A stretch of DNA of 63,774 bases, filler included, from Reticulomyxa filosa (lineage: Eukaryota; Protista; Foraminifera): the NCBI GenBank assembly GCA_000512085.1. It is 18 parts of 18 records of this genome, joined end to end, with 100 filler letters (N's around TTAATTAATTAA, not from the genome) between each part and the next. Parts side by side here need not be neighbours in the genome. Positions count along the whole stretch, not along the records: positions 11,557 to 15,292 come from ASPP01046422.1; positions 15,393 to 16,733 come from ASPP01019454.1; positions 16,834 to 28,202 come from ASPP01019194.1; 15 more parts are not named here. One strand, given 5' to 3'. Below, one piece after another: positions 12,897 to 23,479 of the stretch (positions within the stretch are counted from its first letter, which is position 1; the number at the start of each line of letters is the position of its first letter). The notes under the pieces are model-generated. The model was not told where the DNA came from, ran no database searches, and saw only the letters and a list, made by a program, of their open reading frames with translations. Position numbers and translations under genes: made by a program.

Positions 12897-15292
12897 ATGG
12901 AACAACTTCAAGAAGTATTCAGCACAATTAAAGAAGAGATTATCTCAAGGACATGGAATTTGTGCAAGGGAGACTTGGAAATAGCAGCCATTATTCTCAG
13001 ATTCATCATAGACAATAAGTTAAGCCGTACAAATATATTTGACAACAAACTTGTTCAAATATCCCTTTTCTAAAACTAATTTTAATAATACACATTAATT
13101 ATAGCACGACTTTTCAGCAACAATCATATTTAGTGAGGTTACTAAAAAAATTTGGTAATAAAATTGACAAAATAACTATTTTGAAAGTATGGAGAAATTG
13201 CAATCAAATTAATGCTGATACACACGAGAAATTACAAGAGATTTGTACAACCTCCAACTTAGATGAGTTAAATGTGTCAAAATGTACGCACGATTGTAAA
13301 GTAAACTAAAAAAATTATTGAATAGGTCAAAAGAAGAAAATGAAACGAAAATATTGAGAGAAATGTGTTTACATATTTTGTGGAATATTTTGAAATATCC
13401 TAAACGCATCAAATATCGCCAAATTAACAAACAAGCTTTATACAATCATTTATTTAAGAAATGTTATATGTTAAGTGCAGATTTTGAGCAAGTATTAATG
13501 GATATGGAAAAAAATTTACAATATCTTGGATTCAAAAAAGGAGATGACGACAATAGCTATTATCAAAATAATGATATCCAATCCTTATTGCTGTGGCACT
13601 ATTACCAACAATTAATCAGTCAACAAATCATGTATTGGTTATGTGTGCGTATTTATTTTGTTGTTTTAATAAAACAAGTGATATAAATGATATAACCAAC
13701 CATTTTAAATAGATATAAAACAAGATATTGGATTATAGAAAGAGCGTGTATGTTATCGAATGGAAAATGGAAAGATTATGAAATTTTATTTGATTATCAA
13801 CATCGAACAATAATGTTATTGGATGAAAATAAGTTGAAAATAAAATTAATACAACTTGGAAATCCAAACAAATTATATCCGGAATGTAATATTCATATTC
13901 AATTCTACAATGACCTTGATGTCAATGACACGCATGCCAAATGGGCTTGTCTCATTATCAATCGTACTTGGCACTTCCGCACAGCTTTTCAAATAGATAG
14001 AGATAATTTATCAAATTTTGTATCAGTTAATAAAGCAAAATATACAAATGAATTTATCAATTGTACAATTTATCTATTTCAAATATAACAATTGTTATAC
14101 TCATAAAAAAAAATACAAGGAGTTCAATTCTTTCTATATCACTTGGAAGGATAATGAAAAGAGAACACATAAAGAGCCATTGAATCCATATTCAATCACT
14201 TTCAAACAAGGAATTCAACATGTAAAAAATCAATTACAAATGAGAGAACATTTTCGATTTGGAATGGATGAGTTAGCGTTTTTTAAATATAACTCTGACA
14301 GTTGCAAATTAGCGATATCATCAAAAATGAATGAATCAGATGCATTATTACATGATATTTACAAACATCTTCCTCATTATCCAATTACTCAAATACATTG
14401 GAAAATAGTATATACATGCATAGTATCTTACAAATATACAATTAGTACAGAAAAAATCAATTTACAAAAAAGTATCCCAATTCAAAATACAATTACTTTG
14501 TCAAATGAAAAACTTAACTTCAATCCATTATTGTATGAATGTGATGTCCACAAAGTTAAAATCATTCAAGATGCAATAGACACAAAGGTGAATTATGGCT
14601 GTCAATTGCGGAGACTATTCTATGAAGTGATAAAAAATGATTATTTGTATGATTTAGTCACAATTCAGTACACAAACAAAAAAGAGAAAGATAAACTTTG
14701 TGAAAATATCAAACAACAAATTCGTTTCAATGAAAAGAATAGCGAAGATGAATTGATATTAAATGATAAAATATTAACAATATTAAATGAATTAAAGTTA
14801 TTATATCATGATGATATTCATAAACAAATGGGATATCCACTTCAATTACATCAAATTTGTGCAATTTTATTATATTGTAGTAAAGCATGTAATGTTCAAT
14901 TTAGTTATGATCAAATCAAATTTAGGCATCATTTATGGCCTTATTTGGATAGGTACTTGTGGGAGGCTATCATGATACTTCACGCCCATGAAAGAATAGA
15001 AGAAAGTGAAATGGAATTATATTGTGGATTGAAAGGAAGTGAGATTGGAGAATATTAAAGAAATAAAATCAGGATTTTTCATAAGTCATGTAAGTACTTC
15101 TGATGATATTCAAATTGCAAAAGTGTTTAGAACTGATCAAGGATGTATTTTACATTTTCATCCTTCTATGAGAAGAGCAAATATGATATTTAGTTGTGAT
15201 GTTCATGGATATCTCCATTCAAACATGAGCGTGAAGTTTTGTTTGCAAGATCTTTCATACATTTTATCATAATAATGAGAAAGCTTATAAAA
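12897..15292 (+). CDS. CUE-like + PUB domain + C-terminal ADP-ribosyltransferase-fold protein (multi-exon, frameshifts, 3' truncated)
   Basis: N-terminus MEQLQEVFSTIKEEII..GDLEIA (CUE-like). PUB: LWNILKYP...KYRQIN...LQYLGF. ART: LYCGL, HVSTSDD, and after a 1-nt frame fix at ~15203 DVSWISPFKHEREVLFARS (ExE). Frameshifts at ~15036 and ~15203. Confidence 0.7.
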
Positions 15293-15615
15293 NNNNNNNN
15301 NNNNNNNNNNNNNNNNNNNNNNNNNNNNNNNNNNNNTTAATTAATTAANNNNNNNNNNNNNNNNNNNNNNNNNNNNNNNNNNNNNNNNNNNNTGGCCAAT
15401 TCTTCAATCGAATAAATTGCAGTTTTTGAATCAGTTTATTCCCTCAAATGAAATAAACAAAATACAAAACTAAATTATGTAAATATAAATTGTCAATGAA
15501 AAACAAAATGCTTTTCACTAAATGTTTTACATATTTCGTTGTCATTACATCAAAATTAACAAAATAAAAAAAATTAATAAAAATTTTACTTTTCCAAGGT
15601 ATCTGTTTTCTTGTA

Positions 15616-15845
15616 TTATCCCCAAATACGAATGAGACCTTTACTTAAACCATAGCATAAATTGACATTGTAAACACTGTTATCAATTTTTTTCCTTACA
15701 TTTTCTTTATTTTTCAATGGTAAAAATGTAAGAGAAAGTATTCCACCATCCTCATTTTCATTTCCTTTGATCACATGCAATTGTTTATTGTTTGAATGCC
15801 CCAAAAACAAATCGTATTATCAAGTGATCCAGAACACATTATATT
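15616..15845 (-). pseudogene. WD40-repeat protein relic
   Basis: CSGSLDNTI, KQLHVIKG.E, LCYGLSKGLIRIWG in broken frames. Confidence 0.6.
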
Positions 15846-17058
15846 CGAATTAATAATTGATGTTCCAGCTACATTATTATTGTACAGTAATTGTATATCC
15901 CTTAAATATATTAGTATCTAAACAAGAAACCAAACGACGAAAAGAATTAGCCAAGAGACAAATTGCTGCTTCTTCTTCTTTTGTGAGTTTGGATAAAGAC
16001 GACAACGTTCAAGAGATTTTTAGTTGTTCCTTTTTTTTTGAAAGAGCCTTTGCTCAACGATAGCATATTAGCCACGTTTTTTTTATTGAAAATATTGGCA
16101 TAAGATACAATAATATTGATAACATTTGCAATTGTAAATTGCTAATTTGATTGTGTTCATTTTTATGAATTAAATAAGATAATATTTATTATTTAGAAAT
16201 CACGATTATTTAAATATTCTAATATTCCAGTTGTATTGAAAATAGGACATGCTCTTAGATTATACTGAAAATATATCAAAGAAAGTAAACTTATGATTAG
16301 AACATAAGCATGTGCACTACATGTAATACGAAAGATTTGTCAGTTGTATTTCCTTTTGGCAAGTTATACACAATAAAAAGGTTGATATTCCTTAAATATA
16401 ACAATTCGCCGCAAAAAAAACTTGTGGTGATGTGCTGAGTTTTATAAACAAAAAACTCAATGGTTTGTATATTTGTAAAGTCGTTTTTCTACTTTCAAAT
16501 ATTGTTGAAAGTGTCCGAAAGTTTTTATTTTTAGCATATCGCTTGAAATTTGAGAATAAATACTTACCAAATGAATGAGAAAAGAATTTTGCATGAGGGA
16601 AAATTAGTGAGTAAATAGACATTACAAAAAAACTTTTCTATTGATAATACTAAAAACAATAAAAGTAAGAAAACGAAAACTATTGATAAAATCTTTTGTA
16701 TAATAAGAAAACGGTGGTATGTGAACATAGAGCNNNNNNNNNNNNNNNNNNNNNNNNNNNNNNNNNNNNNNNNNNNNTTAATTAATTAANNNNNNNNNNN
16801 NNNNNNNNNNNNNNNNNNNNNNNNNNNNNNNNNTTTTTTTCAAACCTTTTGTTGTCAAGAAAATTTTTGGTCCTATTTGGTATGTCAAACTGCTTTGGAC
16901 TAACTTTGGTTTCTGACCGCTTTTTTTTCACGCTTAATTTGATTATTTGATGTTGCAGCGCGAGGGTGGTACCTTTTTATTGAAATGAAAACATTGCAAA
17001 AATTAACATTTATGTGTCTAAATGAATTTGAATTTTTTAAGTCACTACAATCGAAAAA

Positions 17059-17113
17059 TACGGTTTCGCCCTTCCTTTGGGCTCATCAGTACACTCAAGA
17101 AGTGTAAACCGTA
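17059..17113 (-). ncRNA. Type III hammerhead ribozyme (compact), GUU cleavage triplet
   Basis: Minus strand reads UACGGUU/UACAC-UUCUUGA-GUGUA-CUGAUGA-GCCC-AAAGGAA-GGGC-GAA-ACCGUA. The core is complete and stems I, II and III pair perfectly. Predicted cut between 17107 and 17106. Confidence 0.93.
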
Positions 17114-17555
17114 CATGCGAGCTTTAATACCCTCATCCCCAATAAGCATGAGGGTGAGTTGTAAATACGAAACCGTTAGCCCAGAAGACCAGCATAAGAA
17201 AACACATAAGTGTTTTCTTATACATGTGCACTTGGATTAGATTTCTCTCACCTATTTAGGGTCCTGGAGATCTAACCTACAACAATATGACTTGTGGTAT
17301 GCACACGCGATAGGCTGACTCGACCTTTCATCGCCATTCGAAGTTAGCGATATAGGGGAGAAGCCTCTATGATTAGTGTTCTTTGTTAGGTGGAACTCCG
17401 AGCTTTGACACCAATCGTCAAAATAGTGCGAACACCAGCAAGGTTTCCTAGGCCTAACAAGTCCCACTAAGAGGACAAAAGCAACCCGCAGGTCTGTTTT
17501 TGTGAGCAGAACACTATCGCTCATTCCATTATCTATTACAATTCTATAATGGAGA

Positions 17556-18148
17556 CGGTTTCGCCCTACCATTGGGCTCATCAGTACTCTCAGGTCGGGA
17601 TTACTATCCAGCAGCCAGCATGCCTGCTAACACGCGGGGGGACTTAGAGCGCTATCTCTACCACGATAGCAGGCCTCCTGCCAATTCCGCAATGTGCATT
17701 CACCGCAATTGCTGGGTTCTTCCCTCAGAGGTAAGCTATAACCAGACCGTCGCGCCACTCTACCGTTTGAAGGCCCAGTTGCTTTAGGGCTAACCTAGCG
17801 TGCTCAATTGAGGCACTAGGATCCTCCTATAGTGAGTATTGGTCGGACGGACCATCCAATAGAGTTAACTGCTGCTTTCGGCCATTGCCTACCCGGCAGC
17901 GAGCAGAGCCCTACTTTGGGTTATAGCCTCCCCTGCCCCCCTAGGATAGATATTCAGCTTATTAGGAGGTTATATGAAATTAGTTAATAACCCCATCCTA
18001 CCGGCCATCGTGGTCCTTCTCCCGTGATGACCCTCCAAGAGACTAGTTGGCTGTACAACCATCCCTAGCAGTAGGGTGAGGGGTTATAGGTGAACCCCAT
18101 ATAACACTAATAGGCCTATATCTATCCCCGAAGGGAAGAGTAGACCGT
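17556..18148 (-). ncRNA. Second hammerhead ribozyme with ~550-nt structured insertion in stem I, GUC triplet
   Basis: Core at 17556-17591: GAGAGUA-CUGAUGA-GCCC-AAUGGUA-GGGC-GAA-ACCGU. Complementary substrate ACGGUC/UACUCUU at 18148-18136 completes stems III (5 bp) and I (6 bp + GU). Predicted cut between 18143 and 18142. Confidence 0.75.
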
Positions 18149-19410
18149 TGTTATAGCCTACCAGGCTTCAGGGCACAATCTCCCCTATCCAAAAGGTAGG
18201 ACTTTTGAAATAGATAATAATGTTAAGCTTGAAGGCCTTATGATTTATCTCCCTCTTACTTAACATTATTAAAATTTCGGGTATACTGAAATATGCATAC
18301 TATCTACTGTCATGAGTTAACATGTCATGTCATACATATAAATCATCAAGTGATGATACTGTTTCCTGAACTAAAGTGTTTGTTTGGTCATCCCAAGCTC
18401 GCAATTTCGCACTTGCAAAATTTACTTATACTATGACTTCCCAACACTAGATATGAATCCCTGAAAGGTGGAGCTATCAAAAAAGATGTTACATCTTATA
18501 TTTATGATGGAAATTTAATTATTTACTAGTTGATGACATTGCTAGCGCTTAGCAGTTGTAAGAACATTTTCGAAATGTTTTTTAAAAAAATCGATTAAGG
18601 TGGAAAATAATAAAATTCATTTTGACTACTTTTAAAAAAAAAAAGTGAGTTTTTGCTAATTTTAATATAAAAAAATCTCAATCTCAATCACAAGAATGTT
18701 CATCAAATGACCTTCAATATTAACATTTTCTTTAATCTTCAAAGCTTGTCTTCATTTCTAATCAATATCGATATCTTCAAATGATGTCTATTCAACAACG
18801 ACCGCTACTCGTACCAAAAACTAAAACAAGTATTATCTCTATAGCTGAAGTCGAAGATAGATTTAGTCAAATGTATAATTCTTTTTTAAAGAAAATATTT
18901 ACTTATTGATATCATACTTTTATCAAATTTTTTATCATTGCTATTGAACTATTTTTTAATCTAAAAAAAAATTTTTTTGTATATTGAAACATGAACACTT
19001 TGATCTGCGACTTTTTTCAAAAATCTGGTCATGATCAACAAAAAGATCTAAACCAAGATTCTTACGGTGAAAATAGCTTATTGAGAAATGACGATAAAAA
19101 TAATGTCGATATGGAAGAAAGAAAGCAGACCAACAAAAGAAGAAAACGGAAACACAAAAAAATAAAATATATTTACAAAAAAAGAAAAAATCTAAATAAA
19201 AAAAGAAAAATAGTATTGCAAGATCTACAACCTTCCAACTTTTTCCAATGTCGGGCTAAAAGTTAGTATGATACACTTCAATTTATTTACAAAATAAAAA
19301 CATGTATAACTGTTTTAATCAGGGTATTCCGATCGTAAAAAGCAAATTGAAAGTACTATTAAGTTCCGTGAATAATATTTTCTGTATGTTATTTTTTCAA
19401 ATGATAGACA

Positions 19411-20364
19411 TTGTCTGGTGAAACAATAAATAGAAAACTGAAAACTTTCATTGGAGAAGCGGAACAGAACAAAAATATTAACTATACAGAGAGCATTGCA
19501 AATGCAATACTAGATAATCAAAAAAAAGAAGAATATGAACAGATTGCAAAACTTAACCACATGCGTGCAATAAAATTACAACAACTAACAGATGAACAAA
19601 AAAGAATTGTTCAACAAACGTTTCAAACAGCGGAAAAGAATACACAATCTACAGTATATGGAAAGTTGCGTGCTAGTGACATTCTACGACTAAAGCCAAG
19701 AGGTTGGCTAAATGACGAAATAGTCAACAGCTATGGTGAGATGCTTGAAGATAGGAACAAAATAAGATTTAATAATGGTGAATGTGGCATGATTATATTG
19801 ATGAATTCTTTTTTTTTTACCAAATTGACAAGCAATGCATACGACTATAATGTATTCAATCGATGGATATCATCTAAGGTTATAATTGTAATACGATATA
19901 TTATTATATTTGACATGTCATTACACTAAAATGGTTTTTTTTTTTATCCAAAATAGATCAAGAAAATTGACGTTTTCAAAATAGGTAAAACAATGTTTGA
20001 TTTGGATAAAATCATAGTTCCAATAAACATGAACGATCATTGGTTTTGTATGTGCATTAATATTCGAAAGAAGAGAATTGAATTTTACAATTCAATAAAC
20101 ACTGATCATATAAAACTTTATGATCGTTTCAAAAGATGTATCGAAGATGAAATAAACAACAAAAAATTGATAATGAAAGAAGAATGGAGTTATTATACAC
20201 CTTCCAGCATTCCATTGCAAAAGAATAATTTTGACTGTGGTGTATTTACGTGTAAGTTTATGGATTGGCTATGTGATGATCTCAATCCAGATTTTGAACA
20301 AGAAGATGTTCATGGCTTTAGATTGAAAATTGCATATGAATTAATAACAAATAAATTGTTATAA
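19411..20364 (+). CDS. Ulp1/SENP-family (C48) protease, multi-exon; upstream exons probably from ~18780
   Basis: RLKPRGWLNDEIVNSY, NSFFFTKL, IIVPINMNDHW, FYNS, QKNNFDCGVF; intron ~19879-19957. Confidence 0.9.
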
Positions 20365-21049
20365 CATCGTTGTTTTTTTATGAAATAATTAATTTGAATG
20401 TACATATAAGCTATTCTGCATGTGGAATATATACACTTTTCAAAAAAAAAGTGTTCAACAAATCAGCAACAATATCTCGTTCCAACTCTTGTGTCCAAGT
20501 TTAAACGCTTCATTATGTCTCAAAGAAAATGCAACGACAAAACAGAGCATTTTTTGTTTAATTTGCTAATATAAATCTAATTTACGTATTTGTAGCAGCT
20601 GCATTGAATTGGAAGTCTAAAAAAATCCATTTTATTCACAATTATAATTGAAAATAAAAAACTAAAAACAAAAACAGTGGTTGATCTGGTGACATATTTA
20701 TTGACTCTGCCATTACCGGTTGTGCGGCCTGTTGATGGGACACAGTATTGTGCACCAAATTGAAATTGAGTTGCTGGATATTAGGCTGAAAATACGTCTT
20801 GCCAGATTCATATTGAAACTTTGATAAACATAAATTTAAATAATGAGCCCTATTATAGGAAATTTGGAAATTTTGTAGAAGAAAAAATTTTTGTGTCTGA
20901 ACGGGGTTTATGTAACCGGACTTTTTATTTCTGAATCTCGAACTTCCACATCTTTATCATGATGATGAACATTCTTGTGTGTCTCCTGTCATGCACAATG
21001 ATAGTTCAGCATCCCTTTTTGTAGTTGGGTGCTCAATGTGTTATATATC

Positions 21050-22770
21050 TGTGTCTTGATCTTTGATAGGTCTCCTCCATCTCTGTTTGCAATAACTTGG
21101 GCCAGTCTGTCGAAGGAGTCGCTTCCGCAATGAGGAGTTTGTAGGACTTGTTTGCTTGTTCACAGCGAAGTCTGTGGTATCTCTTTAAAGCCCAGTCGTC
21201 TTGATTTTCCTATGCGTTTGTGTGTTAATGATATTCAAACAATTTCAAACAAATATTGGTTGGATTCATGGTTATCCCGGAGGTTTGAGATACAAGCAAT
21301 AATTCTATCGTAACGCGAAACTCGGCCCTTTTCAAATTGACAACACAGCGCGTGGTTGCCCAGTCGACAATTTGGATGTTTGGATAATTGGCAATCGCTG
21401 GCTTGCTGCTAGTGATGACGCGATGTATGCTGGACTGGACATGACATTGGCAGAGTTGAGGCACTGTAGCCATTGACAATTGGTTAATGGGCCTGCCATA
21501 ATGGATTCTGTAGTGTCTTCATTTTTTCATCGAATGATTGTCCAATTGTGGGAATCTTTCAAGAAATTGGTCCTCATGTGGAGGTGACCTTGGTTGCGTT
21601 CAATAAGTTCCTAAGGATGAGGAGCATTGTTCAAATTGGGCGTTCCATTCTTTAAGAATTACGTTAATCTCTTTTTGTACATATCTTCATCTCCGGTTGG
21701 GATACTGACGATTGTTGCGTTGAATGTTTGATTGTGGGGGATCTGTTTTAGGATATCCATTCGCATTTATTCAAATTGATCTTGGTACCATGTGTATCAG
21801 TCGTTGCGTTGCTTATCTGTGGCAATGATTGAATCATCATTGATATGGTTACTTTCAATGCGTCAGCAAAGATTATGGCAAAGAATGTTCCTCCCAATGG
21901 ATCTCCTTGGTGGACTCCCGATTTGGACATGCTTGGCGTAGCAGCCTCTCGCATATCTATATAACCCAGGAATCTGTTTCCTTACAAATTCCAACAGTTT
22001 TCTTCTTTTACATGTATTGAATGCGTTCTGAAAATCAATTTTTACCAAAACTCCTTTGTCGTTTGTTCGTATGTGTTTGTATATAGCCTTGAATCCATGA
22101 TAGGATATGATTTGGTCCAATGGTTTTGGAGATTTGTTCCGAGCGCTTCTGAAGAAGAATATCGCCTGCTGATCTCGGCGTATTATCTGGTTTTGGAATG
22201 GCAATTAACCTGGCCCCGTATGCTATTGCTTGTGCATCCGAACAAACTTTTACTTCGATTATCAACTGCGCGACCTTTTCCCAATTCGTTAATGTATTGA
22301 ATTCGGTTTGATATGACTCCAAATCCATTAGATGCTGCGCTGTGAAGAGATCGATCCCACCTGACGACGATCTACTTAATTTGTTTATATATTTTGTTAT
22401 TCTTCAACAGTAATGTGTTTGTGAATTGGGATAGGTGGCATGTTGGAATTTTTGTTATGCTCGAACGATGCAATGATATCAGTTGGTGGTACAATGTATG
22501 GCTGTTGATGGTGACAATGATTTGAAAGTTTTCGATACACCTTTTGTTCCTAGCTATGATATCGTTATGTTTATTGGATTGAAGATATTACTGAAATGCT
22601 TCAAAAAATTGTTCCATAATTGATTGTACGATTGATCTATCCCACAATTTTATTCTATTCATTATGGTTTTGGTTATATTGTTAATGTGTGACTGTCCCC
22701 CCTCTTCCGGGATCCCATAGGATTGTTCGAAACATTACCATCCATTTAGCATAAGCATACTTATTATTTC
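21050..22770 (-). mobile_element. Decayed CRE/SLACS-like non-LTR retrotransposon (RT)
   Basis: Broken-frame motifs GARLIAIPKPDNTPR, VKIDFQNAFNTCKR, GVHQGDPLGGTFFA, KINLNKCEW, LWDPGRGG; many stops and frameshifts. Confidence 0.85.
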
Positions 22771-23479
22771 TATTGGCTATATCCATTAATGCTACACTAG
22801 CAATTGAGGCGAAGTGGCTTCTCGATACAATTTTTGCTGGAATGATCCTTCCAAAACTACTAGACTTTTGTGTAGATAGACATGTGAAATGAAAGAAGTG
22901 TAAAAAACACGTAGAAAAAAGAAGCGCAAGACACATTGATACGTTTAATCGACTAAATCAATCCAACAATAAAAAATACCATAAGTAATAATAAATGAAA
23001 GAAAAAAAAGGGTATATAAAAAAAATAAAACAAAAGCTTATTAAAATGGGTTAAATATACAAACAAAGCAAATTGGACCATAAAATGTTCAAAAGTGTTT
23101 ATTTTGTTTGAAAGAGAAAAATAAAGTATGAAATCCAAAAAAAAACAAAAAGCAAACGCTGAATTATTCAAAAAAGGGTGCCCTCTTAACCACAAAAGAG
23201 TTGCATAAGAACAAAACAACCATTTTTCTTAAAAACATTCAATCTTATTATTTACTTATCTCATCGTAAGTGGGTGGTTTCTCTTTTCATAAAATATTTT
23301 TATTTTCAGTTAAAAAAACTCTAACAGTAAACACTTTCACTTAGGTCTACCTTAAAAAAAAAGGGAAAATGGGACGGCGCCCCAGGAACATCGTGACGCC
23401 GTCCAATATTACCTTTTTCTTTTGCTTTTGTCTTCCATTGCTCTTTTTTTGGTGTCATAAACTAGATGTAAGTAGAAAT

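Noticed and set aside
17140-17180. Plus-strand hammerhead using cgaaac at 17168
   Set aside because: No CUGANGA upstream on the + strand, so there is no evidence for ribozymes in both polarities.
17252-17787. ORFs 17252-17581 (-) and 17572-17787 (+) as proteins of the ribozyme element
   Set aside because: Short, no motifs, and they start inside the hammerhead core; better explained as chance ORFs in structured RNA, though translation of a circle is not excluded.
18358-18397. Possible third hammerhead (minus GGAUGA...GAAAC)
   Set aside because: Lacks CUGA and a convincing stem II.
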